Below, piece after piece: positions 14,501 through 25,460 of a DNA stretch of 64,000 nt. Numbering within the stretch: the first letter of the stretch is position 1; the number at the start of each line of letters is the position of its first letter. The position numbers were made by a program, and so were the translations under genes. Source of the DNA: Camelus ferus (Eukaryota); NCBI RefSeq assembly GCF_009834535.1, contig NC_045697.1, positions 73,348,001-73,412,000 on the forward strand, in the 5' to 3' direction. The notes under the pieces are model-generated. The model ran no database searches. It saw nothing but the letters and a program-made list of their open reading frames with translations, and was not told where the DNA came from.

Positions 14501-16130
14501 AGAAAATACATGGACCTACGTCTGTATAATTGCTATTATCTTTACTTAAGCAGAGTTGCCAAAGGAAATGTAATAAACCACCTCTGAGTAAAGTCAAACT
14601 TTCAACAGAGACGGGTTCTCTTATAAAGAGGAATAAATGCAATATTTTGATGGAACTGATCACAATCGGTAATGATATCAATATAATACTGATTTGGGGG
14701 GAATCTCAAAGTGCTATTTGCTTTGATTTATATTAATAAAACTTTTTTTTAAATCCATACCTTATTTGTGTTCAAACCTACAACAAAGATCTCTAACTTT
14801 TCTCTTTTCTCCTTTTAAAGACCAGTCCTTCTTGGAGAAACTCCTTTAAGCCATACTCACAATTTTTTTAAAGAATGTGCAGGTGTCCCTCTGATGATAA
14901 CTTGTAAGAACCAATCTCAGCCTACAATCCAGCCCATAGAATATTCCCAAATGCTACATCTGGCACCTATATAAGAATATCTAGCCATCTGCTCTGTAAA
15001 TTTTATCAAGGGGCTGAATACGACTACCTGTCCATATTTCTTTACTAAATATACCACCAAAACCATTTACCTCTGACTTTCCATTCTTTTTACCTTTTTG
15101 TTTTGATCAGGTTATCATATAAAGTTCCCAGTAAACACAACAATCTTTGTATTTAACATAACAAAAAATCTAATTTGACAAGAACTCTAGTGATAATCTG
15201 TACATCATGTTTTAAGCACATATAAGAAAAAAACTATTACTAACCAAGTAGGGTATCAACCAAAACTGTGCTTGGTGTATAAAACAATTCTGTGATCACA
15301 AAATGGTCACTTTGTTAAATGCAGAACCCAAAACTTATATTTTGTGTAACTGAGTTTTAGGAATCATTCATTTTTGAACTATGTAAAACAATTCTTAAAC
15401 ACATTATTACCACCACCTGCCGCAAATGAATTAACTGTATCTGTTTAAGTCCTAGCTCCTTAAAAATTGCAAATGGTGTTCTGCTTTCTATACTATTTCT
15501 GCTTTCTGAAAAAAACACCAAATAGGCAGAAAATAAAATGGGAAACAGAAACATTTTGCCATGGCAAAGAGAAAAATGATTCTAGAAGAGGTTAGAAAAT
15601 CCCCTTTTGAATGCATGTATTTCAGTTTCAGTGCTAGCTGTGCGTGTGTGTTAAGGGGAATGTAGCCGACTTGTGTGCCACAAACTGTGTCCTCACTGTT
15701 ACTAGTAAGTCTCTCTTACCCAGTAAAAGTATACAGAATATGATGTGTCCAACCCTTCGGGCAGGGATGCTTTAAAAAATAATAACAAGGGGGAGGGGCA
15801 TTTTAAACCACCAAGGGAAATTTCTGACCATATTGACTGTGAAACTTCTGATTTTTTTCAAACCCATTACATTAGTTTTTCCCCCAAGAGCTAAAAAGGA
15901 GGGGCGCCCTCCCCATCTGGAGGGCGGTTCCACGCGAAGTGCGGCTGGAGAGGGTGGTGGAGAGGCCATGCCCTCCGCAAACCACCTACAACTGTATCTT
16001 ACAACCTGAAAGAAGCTTCAGGGAAGGGGTACTGCGTCTTGAAGCCAGACAAGAAACCCTGAAGGGGAGAGGAGAGGGGAGGGGGGAGGGAAGGGGTAAG
16101 ACTGGGAAACAAGAAATCATCTCCTCTGAC

Positions 16131-16698
16131 CTCTAGCGAAGTGCCAGGTTTTTTCTTTAGCTCTTCACATTTTCTAAATTTGCAGATCTGGTGTCCCGTT
16201 TTGCGGTTCCTGCAACTGCTGCAGACGCCACAGTTGATGAGCCTCTTGCAGGGCACGCAGACCCCACACCTTTTCCTCTTCTTCTTGGCCGGGTTGGCTC
16301 CGCCAGCTCCCCCTGAGGAGGACGAGGAGGAGGAGGAATGATTCTGCGGGCAGTCTGCCAGATTGGCAATTTGAAACGCACTGTCTGTGACGGCTGCTGA
16401 GGCTGCTGCGGGGGAGTGAAGGGCTGTCATGACGATGACCCCTGGAGGTAATGAGATGCCCCCTAAAGCCGGGATAGCGGAAAAAGTCCCCACGCGCTCG
16501 GGGAGATTCATTATCTCTGCTTCAGCAGCGCCGCATTTGAGCTTGTTCATGCATTCCCCCGCCAAAGGTCTGCAGTGTTCAGGGGATAAGGTGGAGAGGA
16601 AATTAGTATTTGCCATTTGCAACGACGGCTCTGGCGGGCAGCCAGCTTTCCCCAGCCTCTGGGAGTCGTTTCGGTGGTGCATGCTGGTCCTGCTGCCG

Positions 16699-16739
<41 letters not shown>

Positions 16740-17210
16740 ACCACCGCCGCCGCCGCCACCGCCGGCGGGGAGGATCGCCGAGGAGGAGGCGGAGGAGGAG
16801 GCGGCGGCGGAGGAGGATTTCCTGCCGCCCCCACCGCCCCCGCCACCGCCCCCGCCGCCGCCGCTCCCGCCGCCGCCCCCGCCCCCGCCGCTGCCCCAGA
16901 GCATGGCGGTGGCGGCGGCGGCGGTGGCCGCGTTGTCGCAGTTCCAGGGGGACATGCCGATGCGCGCGGCGGCCGCGGCGGCGGCGGCGCTGCTGGGGAA
17001 GATGGGGGTGGTGATGCGCGCGATCTTGGCCGCCTGCGGGAAGGCGCCCCCGTTGGTCTTGTAGAAGGAGGTGGCAAAGGAGCGGTAGCGCTCCATCTCC
17101 GAGTTGTAATCCACAAGGCTGTTCAAGGCCCCCTCGGGCAGGTGGCTTTCCTTGGGCAAGCCCGGGGCCTCCGGGCTTGGCCCAGGCTCCACGCAGACAT
17201 TGGTGTTCAT
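16131..17210 (-). CDS. CXXC4: CXXC finger protein 4 (IDAX), coding part of exon 2 (360 codons); last exon lies outside the window
   Basis: Translation [27 protein letters not shown]...[52 protein letters not shown] matches CXXC4, with the CXXC zinc finger. ATG at 17210 (context accATG); phase-0 donor GAG|GTCAGA after 16131; internal Met at 16682 (MHHRNDSQ). Confidence 0.97.
16695..16990 (-). repeat. Coding GGC/GCC trinucleotide repeats (Gly23, Gly8-Ser-Gly13, poly-Ala)
   Basis: Counted directly: 16763-16695 is 23 Gly codons; second tract ~16888-16823; GCC runs up to ~16990. Confidence 0.92.
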
Positions 17211-17467
17211 GGTGCAGGGGGGGAAGAAGGGGTGCAGGGTGGAAGTGGGGACCGTCTGGTCCGACACCTGGGCGGGAAAGGGGGGAAGGTGGGGGGGAGG
17301 GAAGGGGGTGATGGTGGTGTTGGGGTGGGGGCCGAGGCGGGAGGGGAAAGTGGGTCCGGGTGGGGAGAGCAAGGTGAGGACTGCTTTATTCCTCTCTGGG
17401 GCGCATTTCCACAGACGGTGAATTCCCAGGCAGCGTCTTCCTTTGCATTATCCTCCAACTGTTACAA
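17211..17467 (-). other. CXXC4: CXXC4 exon 2, 5' UTR part (257 nt)
   Basis: Minus-strand acceptor ...gactttctttattttAG|ttgtaac with a polypyrimidine tract; AG at 17469-17468. Confidence 0.85.
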
Positions 17468-19885
17468 CTAAAATAAAGAAAGTCATTCCAACGAGCTGCA
17501 CGAGGAAGAAGATTAAAAATAAATAAACAGCCTCCCTCACTACCCCACCGTAGACACAGAAAGCTCCCACATTCCTCGTCAGGTCGTTTGCATAACAATC
17601 ATCAAGACGTGACCCCCCCCCATTCCCATCCTTCCCCTCCGCTCCCAACCCCGCTCCCTCCCTCCCCACTGCACACCACAGCTCCTCCCCCCTATTCTTA
17701 TAACCCTCCTGAGAAAATGTATTAATAGCCAGGATACCCAGGGAAAGAGGAAAGACGGGGGTGACAAATGCCGAGGGAAAAGGGCAATTGGAGTGCTAAA
17801 GACATGCAAATCAGGGGTGGGAGGGCGATACTACCTATAAGCAGAGGGCATTTAAACATTATGAAATGTGTGAACAAGCGCTGCCTGGGCATGCAAATGC
17901 TCTAAAGTAGAAAACAGCTATGGCCCTATGAGGAAAATGAACAGGAAATTAGCAAATGAAGTACTGAGAAAGTCTACAATACATCCGAGTATAAACTGTA
18001 AGCAAACACAATACAACTGAGAGCTAAGAGACTGCCCACATACAATCTGAACTAAAGAGGCAGGGAAAAAAGAACTACCAGCTGCCACAGTGTCCTTCTG
18101 TGTCTGCGGTCATTAGTTTGAATCCCAGCACAGCTGGCTCTGTTAGGGTCTTAATTCAATGGACCAAGGACAGGTCTCAATTGTACAAGCCATTTGGTGG
18201 TGGGGCTTGGAGGGGGTAAAAGGGTGGTGTTCTACTTGTTAAAAAGAAAGAAAGAAAAGAAAGATGGACTAGGTAAAAAAAAAAAAATTAAATAACACAA
18301 TGTCACAGGTTTTAAACCAAGTGCCTGCAGCCTCTGTAAGAATATTCCCAATAATTCCTAATGGAGACTCAGGTCTCTTCCCAAGACAAGAGGAAAGCAT
18401 GGACTTTTTGAGGATCTCTCACAGTCACTGATTTTTACATTGAGTAAAAGGGGGGGCATTTAAGGTGTTACCTGAAGAAATGGCCATTAAATGATTTTTT
18501 TTCTTTTGCTCTGTTTAAGAGGAAAGTTTAATGTTAACTGGATATCTGCATTCAGCTCCTTGCTTACAGGCCATTATTATGCTTAGGAAGAGGTATTTTA
18601 GTTGTTTATTACAGAGACAGAGGTACCTCACAGCCATTTAAGAAGTAAAGCAAAAACATAAAGTGCCTACTAACCTAAAGAAAAACAGTTTCTTTGTTTC
18701 CAGATTTTTTTTGGCCAGAATACCTTTTTGTGACCTCTTCTGAAGCCCACATGTTGGTCTAGAATGTGGAGTTCAGGGAATTCTAAATGGGGGCCCAGTA
18801 GTCAGTCTGGAATACTCAGTTCGAAATGGATATCAATTATAGCAATTATGCTTATAATTAGATTAATGAACCATCTATGCCCAAACTCCAAGTGCAAAAA
18901 CTTCAAGACCTGATGATGAGGTGCCCTAAAAAGAGGGGTTTATGTAAACAAATCCCTATTAGGCAAAGTAAATCAAGATAAGGAACCTCACCCCAGGCAG
19001 GATTAGAAGCTAGCAGGCATCTTTCAATCACAGCAAGTCCCTAATCACTCAGGAACCACCTCTGTGGTTTCGCGTTAGGGAAAACTGCTCCCTTCAGAAG
19101 TCTGATGGCAATACAAAGGGTGCCCCCAAAATACTCCTGGCTAAACATTCTTGATGCTGGGAAGGGGGTGGGAGAAGACACAGAAGAATATGCATATAGC
19201 TTCAGTTTCTGTGAATCACATTGTAACTGCAAGACCATAATAACTGCTACTCAGTAAAAACTAGTTATGCCAACCATGCATCAGATATCATCACATTGAG
19301 TGGTGGGAAAAAATTTCAACATTTTAGTCTTTTGACCTTGTTCCAAATAGAGAAATAATTTAATGTCCCTTTTTCAGAGTATTAGAGTGGTGTCTCCAAA
19401 CAGAAGCTTTCCTTATTACCATCACCTCCCCTTTCCTCCCTCAAGGTTTAATGCCCCCAGAAACTGTAGAAAATGATTGTGCCCAGTATCCAGGTCATTA
19501 TTGTTTAATCAATGCATCTCTGGAGCATGAAAAAGCCACAGCTATTGTTTGGATTTTCTTTAAAAAACAAAATAAAACACACACAAATAACTATAGTCCT
19601 ATTGCAAAGCTAAATTAGACATCCATACTTCATGATCCTGTTTCGCCTTTAAACAATGTGACTGTACATGCCTAATATTGTATGTCTGGTCTACCAGAGA
19701 CATAGAGATCAAAGGTCATATTTAACATTCAGGAGGAGGGGCGGGTGCAGATTAATTAATAAATTAATACAGCGACGCCTTTTATTGCTGGAGTCCAGCA
19801 TTAATAATCTACTTTTACAATCCCAACGGACAGCAAACATTTAAGAGCAAAAAAAGCCAGAGAAAGAGAAAGAACAATCACTTAC

Positions 19886-20250
19886 CAGTCTCTTTTTATT
19901 TGGGGAGCCTTAGAATTTGCAGACGCTGCCAGTCTGCCTTTAATTAGTTGCACATCACCCCCTAACACAAAGAAACACAAATCCAGATGTGTCTTGGCAG
20001 CTCCCAATTACAACTTTAATACTTGTAAACAAACTGTTGGGGGGGAGGATAAATAAATATGCGGATGAAAAAAAAATACCTGTAAATGGCTTTTTTTTTT
20101 CTTGTTGCAGAGAGAAGGAGGAGGAGATGGTGTTAGTGGTGGGGGTGGAAGGAGGAGGAGGTGGGGGGGGGAGGAAAGAGCCGAGTGTGAGTGTATGTGT
20201 GAGAGCGCGGGGCTGTTCTCGGTGGTCTCTCCTCTCCCAGCGCGTTGCTC
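19886..20250 (-). other. CXXC4: CXXC4 non-coding exon 1 (TSS boundary approximate)
   Basis: Consensus donor CTG|GTAAGT on the minus strand (GT at 19885-19884), directly downstream of the CpG-rich promoter. The TSS cannot be fixed from sequence. Confidence 0.7.
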
Positions 20251-20880
20251 TCCGTCCGTCTCCAGTCGCTGTGTGCGAGGGAGGGAGGGAGCCGGGGAGT
20301 CTCTCCTCTCTCTCTCTGCCCCCCCTCCTCTCCCTCTCCTCTCTCTCTCTCGTCTGTCTCTTCTCTCTCCTCTTCTCTCTCTCTCTCCTCTCTTTCTCTC
20401 TCTCTCTCCTCTCTTTCTCTCTCTCTCGTCTCTTCTCTCTCTCTCCCTCTCTCTCTCTCGCTCTCTCTCTCCCCTCTCTCCCTCTCTCTCTCCTCTCCCC
20501 CCCCCCACCTCTGTTTGTGTGTGTGCGTGTGTGGTTGCTGGGGGAGGGGAGCGGGAGAGAAAGGCGAGGGAGGAGGTGTGGAGGCTGGGGGCGGGGGCGG
20601 GGGGTGATTGGCGCCGAGGTGAGGAGGACGCAGGGACGTGGACACCTACTGATGATTGGCTGCAAATTACACGGGGAACAAGAGGCGCACGCGGGCCGGC
20701 GCTCCCCTTCACAAATCCTCTCCTCGCCCGAGGAGCCACGTTTCCCGGCTCGCCTGCCGATCGCCCTCCCTCCTCGCGCCCGGCTCTCCGGCTCAGCCGC
20801 CCAGCACCGAGGGCTGTTGATTATTTTCTTTTGCTCTTCGAGATAATTGTTTGGAAGGGATGGAAAGAGGGCGTTTCCGC
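20150..20880. promoter_or_regulatory. CpG-rich CXXC4 promoter with GC boxes and two CCAAT boxes
   Basis: High CpG density; GGGGCGGGGGCGGGGG at ~20588-20603; TGATTGGC at 20605-20612 and 20653-20660. Confidence 0.8.
20300..20510. repeat. Compound (CT)n polypyrimidine tract
   Basis: About 200 bp of almost pure C/T on the + strand. Confidence 0.95.
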
Positions 20881-20881
20881 C

Positions 20882-20930
<49 letters not shown>

Positions 20931-20981
20931 GTGTTGGGTGTGTGTGTGTGTGTGTGTGTGTGCGTGTGCGGGTGTGTGTGT
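20881..20981. repeat. (CT)n followed by (GT)n compound microsatellite
   Basis: Direct observation. Confidence 0.95.
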
Positions 20982-22559
20982 AAATAAACTTGTCTGGGTT
21001 TTCTGGCTGGGTTGAGAAGAGCAGTACAAGAAACAGAGAAAAAGGTCGTGTTTGTTTGGAGAACACTCTTAGTTCGCACCCTACCGCATGACTTTCAAAT
21101 AATATTCCTGATGTGCCTGGGAAGACTTTTTAAAACATCATTATCATTTAGATCTTTAAAGTAAGGGAAAACGGATCGGTGTTCTCGTTGTCCAGATCTT
21201 TCAAATATTATGATGCCAGAATGTAAAAAATTGGTGATGTGCAGCTTCACCGATCTCAAAATCAATCTCCCGTTTCTCTTCCCTCTTCCTCTCCCCCACT
21301 ACTTCCCCAACCCCATGCTTTCACTATTCCATCTGCTAGTTCCAGTGATTAAATCTGATTTTTAACTTACTGCCCTATTTTTAAGTCCAAACTTTACTTA
21401 AACAAAAACTATTTTTATAGCTACATTAATCTATGTACGACTTCTTGACACTTGGGGAAAATAGTTTAGTAATTGAAAGATAAATCTTTTTACCACAGGT
21501 CAGATATAAATAAAACTCATAAATGCAGCTATGAATTAACTTCTTCACTGCTGCCCTATAGAAATGAGATATTCCTAGTTACATGCTGTCCTATTATTGA
21601 AGTATGTTCTAGTGTAAATAAATGGTCATGAAATATATAAATAAGAATCTTTTGATAAATTTAAAAGAAAATATGGTCAATGATAAGCTACAGAAGGAGG
21701 AAAAATTCAGATTACTTACACTGGTCATAAAGCAAAGTAAAAGTTCTGTATTAAAATTATAGGAAAGTGCAATAGTATGGTTTCAGAGACGGAAGAAAAG
21801 TATAATAATGACTCTTTTATAACAACAAAATGCTGAAAAGACATTTTAAATCATTTTGTATTTGAATTTTCAAAAGACTGACCTTGACTATATCAAGATT
21901 CTGCCAACTCTGGAGGACTGAGTATTAATAAGATGTTAAGAACTGTGGTGTGCATAAATGGAGGTGCTGCTTCAAGACTAGGCAACTATTGAAATTGGAG
22001 GCAGATGGTTTGGGGACTCATTGATCAATATGCATGTTTTGTAATTTAAAGGAAATAGAATAAGTTCAGTTAAAAAATCAATCAAACCATTTAGTTAGCA
22101 TTTATAGACAAAATAACGGCATGATTAATAATTGCTTAAGTTCATTGATAAGATATTTTTATACTCTTGTTAATGCTTTGTGGAAACAAGGGAATTTTCC
22201 ATTTGGTTTTTTTTTTTTTTTTGAGCCGAACATCATAGGAAATCGGCAAAATATAGGCACTTCTGAATGAATGAAAACACATTGGAAAGATGAAAGATTC
22301 TTAAAACATTTTTCCAAAATATTTAAAATATCAGTCCAACATTAGGGTTCTTGCAGTTTGCAAATAAACAATTTTTTTAATCAAATAAAGACATCATGCT
22401 TTCTTATGCCAAACTTGCTTTCCTTTTCAGAATCCTTCAAGCTCACTTTCAAAATGAAACTTTAAACAAATGAGAGAAAATAAGCTAAAAATTCCAAAGA
22501 ATTTTACCTTCTAGCCTATAAAGGAAAAACTCAGAATGTTTAGTCTTAACAATTAATAA

Positions 22560-22830
22560 GAGTGATTGTTAATGACCCACCTGTGTCAGACGCTGTACTA
22601 AATAATTTGCAGATGTTTTATTTTGTCCTTGAAATAACATGAGGTAGTTATTTTTATATCCAGTGGAAATAATAAGCCCATAGAAATTAGAAATTTCGAT
22701 GAAAAGCTGGGGACATTGTGGTCCATAGAAATAACCCAAATGGGTCAAAAAGTTAGTATGTAACAGGGCTGAAATCTGTACCCATTCCTTTCTATGTCCA
22801 AAACCTTATGCTTATAACCTCTACCCTAGT
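22560..22830 (-). mobile_element. MIR-like SINE remnant
   Basis: Degenerate match to the MIR pattern (tgtgtcagacgctgtactaa...atgaggtagttatt). Confidence 0.5.
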
Positions 22831-23529
22831 GTCACTATTAATAATTAATTAATCAATAACCCTCTCTGCATACTAAAACCTTGGCCTTCATTATAGTCAT
22901 GGGCCCCCCATTAACATGACACTAACTGAACATACAAAGTATATTATAGACAGTATACCTCATGGCTTTGATATAACATCCATTACATTTCTACTAGGGA
23001 ATTGATTACATCCTTAAGCCAAATGTGACAAAGCAAAACATCTCTTTTCCGGTCTACCTCATATCCTTTATTTTTTTAACCGTACTAGTTTTGCCACTCG
23101 CATATCTGCCACAATTCAGACTATTCCATGTTCTAAGCTGTCTTCTCCTGGATGATGTGTCAAAGTTTTTAGAACAATCATCCAGAACACTGAGTCCTCT
23201 GTTAACTCTCCTTTGGAATTCATAGTTCGATAAAGTACTAAAATTTAAAGTTCATTCCCTTTGCAAAATGCCGGCTATAGCTTCTAATTCCCTGGAAGTG
23301 GTTTGGGCCTTTACTATGCTTTGTAAGTTTTGTGACCTGAAGTAGGGGTTCAGGTGCTTCACTGATACCTTCATGGGAAAAATTAAAAATTGCAATTTGA
23401 GTATCACTTGAAAAAGTATCTCCTACCCCACAGGAATTTTGTGTTATGCTGTGAAATATCTTTAAAGCACGGCTGCTTTCATCATGATCGTGATCAATAT
23501 CATCATCATTCAGAATCTCTAAAAAGGAA

Positions 23530-23900
23530 GTTTATCTGTTGTAATGAATAGACTTCAAAATGTGTCAGCGCAAAAACCGTAGAAGCAGGTTTTTTGTGCA
23601 TGTAACAATCCAGGGTGGGACTCTCAGATCAGAGGATGGCTCTCTTCTATGAGTGATTCATGGGCTCAGCTTCCTTTTATCTTGGGATTTTGCCATCCCC
23701 AAGGGGCTGCTCATCAACGACATCAAACGAGCGGAAGGTCACAGAGGGACCATGATCCTCTCTTAAAGACCTTGGTCTTGAAGTGACCCACAGCACCACA
23801 GCTCACTCTCAATTGTCAGGCACCAGTCACAGACAACAACTGGCTGCAAAGAAGCTGGGTATCAACTTCCTAGATGCGACTCTATTACAGTGGAGTGGAG
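23530..23900 (-). mobile_element. MaLR LTR (MLT1-like) remnant
   Basis: MLT1-like segments: gaagtgacccacagcaccacagctcac, ggctgcaaagaagctggg. Confidence 0.5.
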
Positions 23901-25214
23901 AGACATTTTCGGTGGGCCACTGACAGCTTCTCACACAGAGCAGCACTAGAAGGAGACTAACCTGCTGGAGAGGTTAAGTTAGACCAAACCGCCCTGAACC
24001 GACGGTGAGTGTCCTCTTCCCTTGGGATCATTTTTGCTGATTACCGCACTTAGAGATTACCACTAAAAGCAGTCTTAATGACTTTGGGGAAAGTTTGGCA
24101 ACTATGAACAAATTATGCTTTCTTAAATACCTGTAGGACAGCCAAGCTATGGTTAAAATAATCAAACAAGAATTCACTAAAGAATAAAGAAAGCAGAAGT
24201 AACACAAGCAGAGGAAATACCATAAATCTAAAATAAACTGATTTAGAGATAAATCTCAGGCATTAGCAGCTTCTCTGCTGGTGTTTTCACAACCTAGAGG
24301 TAAGTTTTCCTCCCTCTACCAATAAGGTGTTCCCTATTAGTCACAAAAACTGCTCACCATCCAGGTTGGGAAAGGAGTGTGGAGCAATCTCACCTAACAT
24401 CCTAGAACCCACCTTCCCAATTCCTGTTCACAGTCTCTGAGCCCGTGCCTCTTCCGTAGTGATCCATGCTGAAAATAATGATACAGTAATCACACCCTTC
24501 TTAGGAGCAATGTGCCGATAAAACAAATAGGGAAAAATTCCTTTAAGTCTTCTTTGACTATAACTACCTGGGATTTTTATTTCTCTCTCTTCTTTACCAG
24601 AACTGGAGGTCCTTGACATCAGGGACTGTGTCTTGCTCAGCGTTGTGCCCCGCCTCATACAGAGCCTGTCTCACAGAGGGCACCTAACCTTCCATGCTCT
24701 GCGCATGGAAGGAAGTAGCAGACACAAAACGCAGAAGGACGTTCCCCATTGTTCACGGGATAAAAATGCAAAATTCATTAAACGGCATTCAAAGCTCTTC
24801 TCCAATTGGCCCCAGTTTTTGAATCTTGTCTTCCATTACATCTGGCAAGAACTCTCTATTTCTGGTAGTAGACTCACTTCTTCCAGAAAACGTTGATCAC
24901 CTTACCATGACCATATCAAAAAACTCTTTAATTAGTAAAGAACCACAAGCTAAGATGAAAGTAGTATTATTATTGATCTAAAAGAGACTTTTTGCTTATA
25001 ATGAGTTATTCTTTCATAATAAAATGACATTTTAAAATCCCTTAAGTGAACATTTTAAGGGAACTTTCAGATTTTCTTAGTGACTCAATAAAGTAGAATT
25101 TGATGAAATTAGTCATTAAAATTGATATTCTGCACACCTGTTATTTTCTTCCACTTTAAATTCAGTATTGATACATCATTATCACAATGTTGACCTTCAT
25201 ATTCGGAGCTGGTA

Positions 25215-25460
25215 CTCTTAACCTACCAACAGCAGATCGTGTGCTTTGAGCTGTTTTCCAGCAATAATACACTTGTCTTAAGCTATCTACACTCTCTTGC
25301 CTTGTCTTTCTAATGACTATTAGGATGCATTTATGGGATGGCTGACCACTAGTAAGAATAAAACCGGTGACTATAGAGGATAATGAAAATAATGAGTCAC
25401 AGGGTTGAACCCATCACCTTGGCCTCATTAGCACCATATTCAAATCAACCACGCCAATCA
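25215..25460 (-). mobile_element. Ancient tRNA-Ile-headed SINE (MamSINE1-like)
   Basis: Minus strand ...tggtgctaatgaggccaaggtgatgggttcaaccctg (tRNA-Ile(AAT)-like head), then ...gagagtgtagat...gctggaaaacagctcaaagcac. Confidence 0.65.

Larger units (their letters stand above)
15900..17370. promoter_or_regulatory. Intragenic CpG island over exon 2
   Basis: Very high GC and CpG content against an AT-rich background. Confidence 0.85.

Noticed and set aside
15905..15930. Possible CTCF site (CCTCCAGATGGGGA on minus)
   Set aside because: Mismatch in the GGC core; too weak without a motif scan.
15999..16130. C-terminal extension VRGDDFLF... of the 457-aa ORF
   Set aside because: Read-through past the GT donor into intron 2; the known CXXC4 C-terminus comes from a separate exon.
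17211..17372. 54-aa N-terminal extension of the 457-aa ORF
   Set aside because: Starts at TTG in a C-rich, stop-poor UTR; nothing supports its use.
17207..17458. 83-aa ORF whose TGA overlaps the CXXC4 ATG
   Set aside because: TTG start, with an in-frame TAA at 17464-17462 blocking extension from exon 1.
16547..17471. Other alternative-frame ORFs over exon 2
   Set aside because: Non-ATG starts and low-complexity shadows of the GC repeats.
19955..21079. Long ORFs (374, 293, 285, 243 aa) over the promoter
   Set aside because: Products of CT/GA/GT microsatellites (RE, SL, HT dipeptide runs); no domain.
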